Shown: in pieces, positions 10,571 through 17,810 of the stretch | Layout of the letters: every line of letters begins with the position of its first letter | Position numbering within the stretch: the first letter of the stretch is position 1 | From: an uncultured delta proteobacterium | GTDB lineage: Bacteria; Myxococcota_A; Polyangia; Polyangiales; Polyangiaceae | DNA length: 64,000 nt | NCBI GenBank assembly: GCA_963841435.1 | Contig: CAWJCS010000003.1 | Span: 800,001-864,000, forward strand | Reading direction: 5' to 3' | Position numbers and translations under genes: made by a program | Notes under the pieces: generated by a model | Told to the model about the DNA's origin: nothing | Databases searched by the model: none | The model's input: the letters and a program-made list of their open reading frames with translations, nothing else

Positions 10571-11476
10571 ATGTTGCTTTCACGAACCGCCGAGTCCATG
10601 TACTGGCTGGGTCGCTACCTCGAACGGGCGCACTCCCTCGCACAAGCTCTGAAGGCCTACGAGGCGCTGACGCTCGACATGCCGCGCCCGAGCTCGAGTG
10701 TGGACTATGCGCCCATGGGCGCGCTCTCGGGCTTCGACCCAAAAATGCACACCGGTCGGCTCGGCCTCGCGTCGCTCCTACTCGACGAAACGAACCCGTC
10801 AACGGTGCTCGGCGCACTGCAGGCCGCGCGCGAAAACCTGCGACAGAGTCGTCCCTCCGTGCCGATCGAGGCGTGGGAAACGCTGAACGGTCTCTACCTC
10901 GACCTCGGTTCCCTGCCGGATCGAGAGCCCGGCACGCTGTCCTTGGCACTTGCCGACGCCGTGGCCGGTTCGCGCGAGCTCCAGGGAACGATCAGCGTCG
11001 AGATGCTGCGCGATTCGACGCTCGGCTTCCTGTCGATGGGCATTCATCTCGAGCGAGCGGACATGGTGCTGCGCACGCTCGTCGTGCTTTCCAACGCGCT
11101 CGGACTCTGGGGAAATCAGCACGCCTTCGACGATGTCCGGCTTTCGGGCCTGCTCCGGGCCGTGGCGGCGCACACCATGTACCGGCGGCGGCATCGCATG
11201 AAGACGAACCTCGAGACCGTGCTCGACTTCGTTCTGCTCGACCGCGAGTTCCCCCGCAGCATCGACTACTGCCTCTCCCGCCTCGATGCCCGGCTTCGCG
11301 TGCTGCCCGATCCGAACGGCCCGCTGAAATGCGTCGCCGAGGCGCGACCGGACCCGTCGGCGGTGCGCGCGGCCACCACCTCGGCGGGGCTCACGGCCTT
11401 CGCCGAGGGGCAGCTCGAGCGCCTGGCACGCGTCAACGGCGCGCTCGGCGCGAAGTACTTCGCGAGCGCTGCCTGA
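10571..11476 (+). CDS. Alpha-E domain protein (DUF403)
   Basis: MLLSRTAESMYWLGRYLERA, ARENLR, LERADM, FPRSI; usual partner of CP-ATP-grasp. Confidence 0.92.
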   Translation: MLLSRTAESMYWLGRYLERAHSLAQALKAYEALTLDMPRPSSSVDYAPMGALSGFDPKMHTGRLGLASLLLDETNPSTVLGALQAARENLRQSRPSVPIEAWETLNGLYLDLGSLPDREPGTLSLALADAVAGSRELQGTISVEMLRDSTLGFLSMGIHLERADMVLRTLVVLSNALGLWGNQHAFDDVRLSGLLRAVAAHTMYRRRHRMKTNLETVLDFVLLDREFPRSIDYCLSRLDARLRVLPDPNGPLKCVAEARPDPSAVRAATTSAGLTAFAEGQLERLARVNGALGAKYFASAA

Positions 11477-11650
11477 GCATCGGCTTTCGAGTCTCGGGCA
11501 CGACCCCGCGCGTCACCGGCCGCCGATCCCGAGGAGCTTCTGGCGGTTTCGGCCCGCGTCAACCGGCTTGCCGAGAGCTTCGAGCTCTGGCGGCTGCGCT
11601 TCGAGGCGGATCAGCTCGACTGGCAGCGCCTCGCCGCCGACGAGGCGCGC

Positions 11651-12283
11651 GTGCGCGAGGCCCGGATCCTCGACCAGCTTTCGCGCGCAGGCGCGCGGTT
11701 TTCGAGCGATCCGTTCGACGCGCGCGCAAGCTTGCGCCCCCCGCGCGTGCCCTCCGAGCTCAAGTCGCGGCCGACGGCGGCGCCGAGCCCGGTCATCGAT
11801 TCGAGTCGCGCTCCACCTCCGGGCCCCGCCGTGAGCGGCGCGCTCGAAGACGTGAGCCTCGCCACCCTGCTCGGGATCTTCGAGCTCGAGCGGCGCGACG
11901 GCGTCTTCCGGCTCGCGGCGCCCGAAGGCACCGTGGAGCTCGAGCTCCGGCGCGGCGCCATCGTGCGCGCGCGGAGCGACGGGCAAGATAGCGACGTCGT
12001 GACGGTTCTCGCACGGGCGTTCGACTTTCGTGCGGCAGAGTTCGAGTTCACGCGCGTACCGGTCACGGCGGATTCGGATGCACCGTTGTCGCTGAACGGC
12101 CTCTTACTCGATGTCTTCTACCGGCACGACGAGGCCCGCCGCGCGATGGGAGCGCGGACGGTGCAAAAAATCGCGCTAGCTACTGCTTTTCGACGCCGGC
12201 GCAGGCCGCGGCCTTGTCAGCGTAGGGTGAGCGCTCGCCCTGCTTCGCCCGCTGCTGATACTTCGAAGGGCACTTCGCCATGA
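11651..12283 (+). CDS. DUF4388 (PATAN-like) domain protein; both ends uncertain
   Basis: SGALEDVSLATLLGIFELERRDGVFRL..G.I..A..FEF..LLLD..DEARR pattern; frame open back to 11477; 3' end overlaps ccmE. Confidence 0.7.
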   Translation: MREARILDQLSRAGARFSSDPFDARASLRPPRVPSELKSRPTAAPSPVIDSSRAPPPGPAVSGALEDVSLATLLGIFELERRDGVFRLAAPEGTVELELRRGAIVRARSDGQDSDVVTVLARAFDFRAAEFEFTRVPVTADSDAPLSLNGLLLDVFYRHDEARRAMGARTVQKIALATAFRRRRRPRPCQRRVSARPASPAADTSKGTSP

Positions 12284-12743
12284 TGCCCGTGGCCTGCAGA
12301 AACCCTGCAGGGTCGAGCGTGCCATCGACGGTCATGTCGACGCGCATGCCCGGCAGATCCTGCACCGTGTCCGGCAACGTGCACGCCGCATAACGAACCG
12401 GAAGCTTGCGCGAGCCCGCCGCCATGGTGAAACGAAACTCGCACGGTTGGTCACGGCGCACGAGCGTGCAATGCTCGAGCACGCCTTCCACTTTCAGGCT
12501 CCGCCCCAAGAGCTCGTTTTTATGCTCGACGACCTCGGCGACCGTCTTCGAAAAGCGACCCTCGAAAGTCGTGAACACCAGCGTGATGAGCGCGCCACCG
12601 ACCACCAACAGGCCGACCAGGAGCCCGCGACTTCCCTTCCGAGGTCGAGACTCGACGGGCATCGCCACGGCGAGGTCCTCGGTCGGAGCGGCCTGTTCGG
12701 ACTCGCGCAGCGCCTCCGCGAGCTCCTCGTCAACCTTCGCCAT
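12180..12743 (-). CDS. ccmE: Cytochrome c maturation heme chaperone CcmE, CxxxY variant
   Basis: N-terminal TM, OB-fold segments (LKVEG, FRFTM, LPVRY..LPD, VDG), AKCPSKY motif. Confidence 0.85.
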   Translation of the reverse strand: MAKVDEELAEALRESEQAAPTEDLAVAMPVESRPRKGSRGLLVGLLVVGGALITLVFTTFEGRFSKTVAEVVEHKNELLGRSLKVEGVLEHCTLVRRDQPCEFRFTMAAGSRKLPVRYAACTLPDTVQDLPGMRVDMTVDGTLDPAGFLQATGIMAKCPSKYQQRAKQGERSPYADKAAACAGVEKQ

Positions 12744-12829
12744 CGCTCTTCAAGCCTAGCTCCAGCACGGGGTCCGGTCGAGCAGCCCCCTTCGCCCGAG
12801 AACCGCCACGCCGCGCCGAGACCCGCCCC

Positions 12830-14632
12830 GTGAAAGCGTCAGTACCCACTGAAGGCCGCCGAGAGCCACTGCGAGAGAGCCTCGCAGCGCTCACGACCGC
12901 CGTGACGCGCGCCACCTCGGCGTACCGGGCCCGCATCGACGCCGCACTGCCCCGCCATCGCGAGAGCGCAGAGAACCTCGCGCACTACCTCGGTCTCCGA
13001 CAGCAAGACGTGCGCGAGCTGCAGCTCGAGCTCGCAGCGATCGGCCTGTCGTCGCTCGGCCGCTCGGAGGGGCACGTGCTCGACATCCTCGAGCGCCTCG
13101 GCGCATGGCTCGCGAACGATGCCGATCGCGCCGCGTCGGACCCCGAGGACCGCCTCGACTGGGCCCGTGCCCGGGCCATCTTGCACGAGAACACGCACGC
13201 CCTGTTCGGCGAGCGCCCCACCGAGCGGCACGTCTACATCATGGTGACGGCGCCCGACGCCGCGGAGGTCACGCCCGACTGGGCCGATCGGATCCTCGAC
13301 GCTGGCGCCGACATCCTGCGCATCAACGCAGCTCACGGCGATGCCGACGGCTGGCGTGCGACGGCCGCTTGCTTCACGGCGCGCGCCACGCTGCGCGGAC
13401 GGCCGGGTCGCGTCATCGTCGATCTGCCGGGCCCGAAGTTTCGCGCCGAGCTCAGGCAGCGCGAGCGCGCCGTGCTCCACTTCGCGCGCAAAAAGGACCG
13501 GCTCGGCAAGACGACCGAGCCGACGCTCGTCACGCTCGTCGCCGAGCACGGCGGCGAGCGCGAGGTGCCGATCCCGCCCAGCTGGCTGCCCGCGCTAGAG
13601 CGAGGCGACGTGCTCGAGCTCACCGACGCCGCGGGCCGCAAGCGGCAGCTCGTCGTCGAGCGCAGCGAGCCTACGCGCGTCATCGCGTCGTCGGAGCAGT
13701 CGCTGTACGTCGTCGCATCACTGCCGCTCACCTGGCGGCGCGGCGACGCCACGCTCGGCGAGGGCAGCGTGGGCTCGCTCCCGTTCGTGCCCACGACGCT
13801 CCGCCTGAGCCCCGGCGACGCGTTCGTGCTGAGCGCGCGAGACGATACGGAAGCGGGCGACCTCCCCGAGCTCACCATGCCGGAGCCCGGGCTGCTCGCG
13901 CAGGTGCGCCCCGGTGAGCGGGTGATCCTCGACGACGGAAAAATCGCCGCCGTCGTCGAAGAACGCCGCGGCGAGGGGCTGGTCTGCCGCGTGCACAAGG
14001 CGCTCCGCGCGCCCACGCGGCTCCGCTCCGGCAAGGGCATCGCCTTTCCCGACAGCACGCTCGAGGTCCCCGGACTCGGCGAGCGCGACGCCCTCGCGCT
14101 CCGGGTGGCGCTCGAGGTGGCGCACGGCGTCGGCGTGTCGTTCGTGAGCTCGGCCGCCGACGTCGCCGACGTGGGCGAGCGCATCCGCGCCGCCGAGAAG
14201 CCCGGCTTCGGCATGATCCTCAAGCTCGAAACGCGCGGCGCCATGGATCACCTGCCCGACATCCTCTTCGAGGCGATGAAGTACCACCCCGTCGGCCTCA
14301 TGATCGCGCGCGGCGACCTCGCCGTGGAGCTCACCTTCGAGCGCCTCGCCGAGATGCAAGAGGAGCTTCTCTGGTTCGGCGAGGCCTGCCACTTGCCCGT
14401 GGTCTGGGCGACCGAAGTGCTCGACACCGTGGCGCACTCGGGCGTCCCCACGCGCGCCGAGGTGACGGACGCCGCGATGTCGATGCGCGCCGAGTGCGTC
14501 ATGCTCAACAAGGGCCCCTTCATCGCCGACGCCACGCGCATGCTCGCCGACATCATCCACAAGATGGAAAAGCATCAGTACAAGAAGCGCTCGCTCTTCC
14601 GGAAGCTCGGGCTCGCAAAGGAACGGTCGTGA
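12830..14632 (+). CDS. pyk: Pyruvate kinase, long atypical form
   Basis: LRINAAHG, VDLPGPKFR, LDDGKI, LKLET, MIARGDLAVE, WATEVL, PTRAEVTDAA, ECVMLNKG; N-terminal extension and enlarged B domain. Confidence 0.9.
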   Translation: MKASVPTEGRREPLRESLAALTTAVTRATSAYRARIDAALPRHRESAENLAHYLGLRQQDVRELQLELAAIGLSSLGRSEGHVLDILERLGAWLANDADRAASDPEDRLDWARARAILHENTHALFGERPTERHVYIMVTAPDAAEVTPDWADRILDAGADILRINAAHGDADGWRATAACFTARATLRGRPGRVIVDLPGPKFRAELRQRERAVLHFARKKDRLGKTTEPTLVTLVAEHGGEREVPIPPSWLPALERGDVLELTDAAGRKRQLVVERSEPTRVIASSEQSLYVVASLPLTWRRGDATLGEGSVGSLPFVPTTLRLSPGDAFVLSARDDTEAGDLPELTMPEPGLLAQVRPGERVILDDGKIAAVVEERRGEGLVCRVHKALRAPTRLRSGKGIAFPDSTLEVPGLGERDALALRVALEVAHGVGVSFVSSAADVADVGERIRAAEKPGFGMILKLETRGAMDHLPDILFEAMKYHPVGLMIARGDLAVELTFERLAEMQEELLWFGEACHLPVVWATEVLDTVAHSGVPTRAEVTDAAMSMRAECVMLNKGPFIADATRMLADIIHKMEKHQYKKRSLFRKLGLAKERS

Positions 14633-14849
14633 GCGCGCTCCTTCCGGCGGGAGGGGTTGGGATGGGTGGAGGCGACCCCATTCCCTCCCCGAAATGAAGT
14701 CGCGGCGCGCCGTTCCACTCAGGGACCGGAAACGTTCGGCACCCGGCGCCGGCGGGCGTTTCCACGGAGCACGAGCCTCGCTCGCCCTCGCCGGCCACAC
14801 GGGCTTCAGCGCCGTTTCGAGCCCCGTTCCGTCATCGTTTTCGCCGTCC

Positions 14850-14865
14850 CGGCCACGGTTCTGCT
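14850..14865 (+). promoter_or_regulatory. Possible sigma54 promoter of the carF-like gene
   Basis: CGGCCACGGTTCTGCT = GG-N10-GC, 12 nt before ATG 14878. Confidence 0.4.
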
Positions 14866-14877
14866 ACGTCAGGGGCC

Positions 14878-15540
14878 ATGGCCCTGGGCTACAGCAAGGC
14901 GTTCACCTACACGATGGTCGCGGCCATGGCGTGGTCCGCGTGGGCCCTCGTGCGGTCGCCCCCGTCGCTCGTCGTCGGCCTGTTCCTGTTCGCTTTCTGC
15001 ATGGTCATCACCGACCTGATCAGCGGCCTTTTGCACGTCGTCCTCGACAACCCGCGCTCGCTCGACCTCGCACCCATCCGCGGCCTCGCGCAGGGCTTCC
15101 AGCGCCACCATCAGAACCCCGCCAACATCTACGAGATGCCGCTCTACCAGCACCTGTACGTGATGCACATGCCGCTCACGCTACTCTTCTTCGTGGTGCT
15201 GCCCTTCCACGAGCCGGGAATGTACGTCGTGTTCCTGAGTATGATCGTCGGGCTCCACGTGATGCAGATGGCCCATCTGTGGGCCCACCTCCCGCTTTCA
15301 CGGGTGCCGAGGGTCGTTCGCTGGCTACAGAACGGGCGGGTGCTGCTCAGCAAGCGGCAGCACGACCTTCACCACACGCCCCCCTACGACAAGGACTTTT
15401 GCATCATGACGGGCGCCTGCAATCGCCCGCTCAATGCTGCAGTGCGCCTCCTCGGGCCGACCACGCACTGGTGGCTTTTCATCTTCCTGCTTTCGACGCT
15501 CTCGCCGCTCGCCGTCGCCTTCGTGACGGCGCGCCTCTAG
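14878..15540 (+). CDS. CarF/TMEM189(PEDS1)/FAD4-family membrane lipid desaturase
   Basis: His boxes DLISGLLH..LD, FQRHH.NP, QMAHLWAH, QHDLHH and FCIMTGACN in a 4-5 TM protein. Confidence 0.85.
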   Translation: MALGYSKAFTYTMVAAMAWSAWALVRSPPSLVVGLFLFAFCMVITDLISGLLHVVLDNPRSLDLAPIRGLAQGFQRHHQNPANIYEMPLYQHLYVMHMPLTLLFFVVLPFHEPGMYVVFLSMIVGLHVMQMAHLWAHLPLSRVPRVVRWLQNGRVLLSKRQHDLHHTPPYDKDFCIMTGACNRPLNAAVRLLGPTTHWWLFIFLLSTLSPLAVAFVTARL

Positions 15541-15604
15541 TGCGCTCGGCTCTGCCCCGCGGAACCCTGGGCGGGGATCGTTCGGGGACGGCGGGCAAAA
15601 AGCC

Positions 15605-16900
15605 TCAGCCGGACCTGGTGGCCGCTTGCCGGAGCTTGCGGCGCACCGTCGAGCGATCGAGCTCGAGCACGCGCGCGGCCACGGCGTAGCTTTGCGCCGA
15701 GCGCTCGAAGACGCGCGTCACGTACCAGCCCTCGACGTCCGCGAGCGACGTGCGCCCGTCGCGCACGCGCGCCGGCACGTCGTCGGCCGTGGGCTCGCGC
15801 ACCGGGACCGTGGGCTCGGGCAGCAGGCCAGGGTCGAGGCCGAGCAACACGTTGCGCAAGCAATTCTGCAGCTCGCGCACGTTACCCGGCCAGGCATGCG
15901 CACGCGCCTCGCGGCTTTCGAGGAAGCTTCGCACTTGGCGCCACTCGGGAGCGCGCGGCTCGAGGTAGCGCTCGGCGAAACGCAAACCGATGGGCAGAAC
16001 GTCCTCGATGCGCTCGCGCAGCGCGGGCAACCGGATGACGTTGCCGGCAAGCCGCTCGTAGAGGTCCTCGCGGAATGCGCCACTCGCGACCATGGCGCGC
16101 AGGTCCTTGTGCGTGGCGGCGATGTAGCGCACGTCGGCGTCGTAGGTCGTGTCGGAGCCGAGCGGCGTCACGCGGTCCGTCTCCATGACGCGCAGGAGCT
16201 TGCTCTGCGCCGTCGGCGGCAAATCGCCCACTTCGTCCAGGAAAAGGCAGCCGGACGCCACGGAACGGATGTGCCCGACTCGCGCGGTGCTCGCCCCCGT
16301 GAAAGCGCCCCGCGCGTGGCCGAAGAGCTCGCTCTCGACGAGCGTCTCGGGAAAGGCCGCGATGTTGAGCGCGGCGAACGGCGCCTCGCCGCCGTCGGGC
16401 CCGCCGAGCGTGCCGAGCGCGATGGCGTGGGCGATCGCGTCCTTGCCCGCGCCCGTCTCGCCCGTGACGAGCACGTCGTGCTCGCGGATGACGCGTTCGA
16501 GCCGCCCCGTGACGAGCAGCGAAGCGCCAAAGCTGGCGCTCCAGGCCGCCGCGCGCGCCGCGCGTAGCGAGCTCGACACCCCAGCCAGAGCGCCGAGCGC
16601 CCGCTGCGCCCGCGCCGCCGCCGCGACGAGGCGCACGAGCTCGCGCCGCGGGCGTCCGAGCCGCGCGAGCAGGCGCTCCGGGACACGGGCTGGCGAGAGC
16701 GCGGTCGCCGGAGACTCACCCCGGACGACGGTGAGCGCGAGAGCGCGCGCGAGCGTCGAGCGCAGCAAGCTCGCGTCGTCGGCGCGGGCCCCCACCACCC
16801 CCTGGGACGCGAGCAGGCGCTCGGCGCTCTGCTGCCAGGCCCCGGGATCACCGACGAACGGATTCTCGAGCACGCGCGCGGCGGCGTCGGCCCTGGCCAT
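15605..16900 (-). CDS. sigma54-dependent enhancer-binding protein lacking a receiver domain
   Basis: GETGAGKD, ESELFGHARGAFTGA, LFLDEVGDL, FREDLYERL, WPGNVRELQN, C-terminal Fis-type HTH. Confidence 0.93.
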   Translation of the reverse strand: MARADAAARVLENPFVGDPGAWQQSAERLLASQGVVGARADDASLLRSTLARALALTVVRGESPATALSPARVPERLLARLGRPRRELVRLVAAAARAQRALGALAGVSSSLRAARAAAWSASFGASLLVTGRLERVIREHDVLVTGETGAGKDAIAHAIALGTLGGPDGGEAPFAALNIAAFPETLVESELFGHARGAFTGASTARVGHIRSVASGCLFLDEVGDLPPTAQSKLLRVMETDRVTPLGSDTTYDADVRYIAATHKDLRAMVASGAFREDLYERLAGNVIRLPALRERIEDVLPIGLRFAERYLEPRAPEWRQVRSFLESREARAHAWPGNVRELQNCLRNVLLGLDPGLLPEPTVPVREPTADDVPARVRDGRTSLADVEGWYVTRVFERSAQSYAVAARVLELDRSTVRRKLRQAATRSG

Positions 16901-16934
16901 GCTGTATTATACACCATCTGGTGTAATTTACAGC
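16901..16934. promoter_or_regulatory. Double-palindrome operator / upstream activator sequence (2 x TGTA-N3-TACA), overlapping a minus-strand TATAAT
   Basis: GCTGTATTATACACCATCTGGTGTAATTTACAGC; AT-rich, dyad symmetric, abuts the activator start codon. Confidence 0.75.
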
Positions 16935-16997
16935 ACTAAGATACTCGAGAAAGGCCGAGCAGACAGCGTTCGCGCGATTCTCGGCCCGATCCGTGTG

Positions 16998-17013
16998 GGG
17001 CACGGAAGTTGAA
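16998..17013 (+). promoter_or_regulatory. sigma54-like promoter of the yqiJ/yqiK-like operon
   Basis: GGGCACGGAAGTTGAA: canonical GGCACG at -24, TTGA instead of TTGC at -12. Confidence 0.5.
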
Positions 17014-17025
17014 AGGGGGAGTCGC

Positions 17026-17742
17026 ATGGCCACGCTCCCCCTCGCCTACTGGCTGTTTCTGACCGCCCTCGGGCTGGGCTGCACGCTGGGCCTGGGCGCG
17101 CTGTTCGAAGGAGGCGGCACCGCTACGGACGCCGACTTGGACGGAGATGCCGATGTCGAGCTCGACGCGGACGCTCCGGACGCCGAGCTCGACGCGGATG
17201 CGGACGCGGACGGCGACGCGCACGGCACGGATGCGGACGGCTCGGTGCCCGTCGAGACGTTCTGGTCGGCGCTCGGCATCGGGCGGGTGCCAGTCGGCCT
17301 TTTGCTCTCGCTCGATCTCATGCTGTTCGGCGGGATCGGTCTCGTCGTGTCGGAGCTCGGCGGCGTGCTCTTGCCGGTGCCGGTCGCTTCGTGGCTCGCA
17401 TTCGGCGTCGCCGCCGTCGCGGGGCCGCTCTTCGGTGGGCGGCTCGCGCGCGCCATCGCGCGCCGGCTGCCCGGTGTGGAGTCGCACGGTGTCTCGCGCC
17501 TCGGGCTCGTCGGTCGCCTCGGGCACGCCGAGCTCGACATCGACGCGCGCTTCGGCCGGGCGAGGGTCATCGACGCGGGAGGCGCCGTGCACCTCGTGCG
17601 TTGCACCTCGAGCACCGGCGTCATCCCGCGCGGCCGCGAGCTCGTGATCACGGATTGCGACCCGAAGACGGGGATTTTCGAGGTCGTCTCGGCCGATCTC
17701 GAGCTCGGTCCGCCGCCGCAAAGGGCCAGCCGGGTCTCGTAG
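17026..17742 (+). CDS. YqiJ/NfeD-like membrane protein with acidic loop and C-terminal OB fold
   Basis: TM, DADLD-type acidic repeats, LGIGRVPV, TMs, LVGRLG..GRARVIDAGG.VHLV; immediately upstream of flotillin; SD GGGGAG. Confidence 0.8.
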   Translation: MATLPLAYWLFLTALGLGCTLGLGALFEGGGTATDADLDGDADVELDADAPDAELDADADADGDAHGTDADGSVPVETFWSALGIGRVPVGLLLSLDLMLFGGIGLVVSELGGVLLPVPVASWLAFGVAAVAGPLFGGRLARAIARRLPGVESHGVSRLGLVGRLGHAELDIDARFGRARVIDAGGAVHLVRCTSSTGVIPRGRELVITDCDPKTGIFEVVSADLELGPPPQRASRVS

Positions 17743-17810
17743 CGGCCCGGCCCTGCGCGTCCGCGTTGGACGCCCCAAAGCACTCTCGAACGAAAGAAGG
17801 AGAAGCAGTC

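Noticed and set aside
11474-11530. Selenocysteine recoding of the alpha-E TGA
   Set aside because: No convincing bacterial SECIS hairpin after the codon and no Cys-equivalent context
14645-14692. G-rich/C-rich imperfect inverted repeat after pyk as a REP or MITE
   Set aside because: Single imperfect copy in the window; cannot be distinguished from an ordinary stem-loop
17126-17240. GACGCG/GACGCC-rich low-complexity repeat
   Set aside because: Encodes the acidic DADxD loop normal for YqiJ/NfeD-like proteins
17391-17810. N-terminal extensions given by the ORF track (flotillin from 17391, uvrA from 41570, adaptor from 53264, kinase from 54050, debranching enzyme from 63349)
   Set aside because: They overlap other genes or regulatory sites and lack family similarity; downstream starts with SD or stop/start overlap fit better
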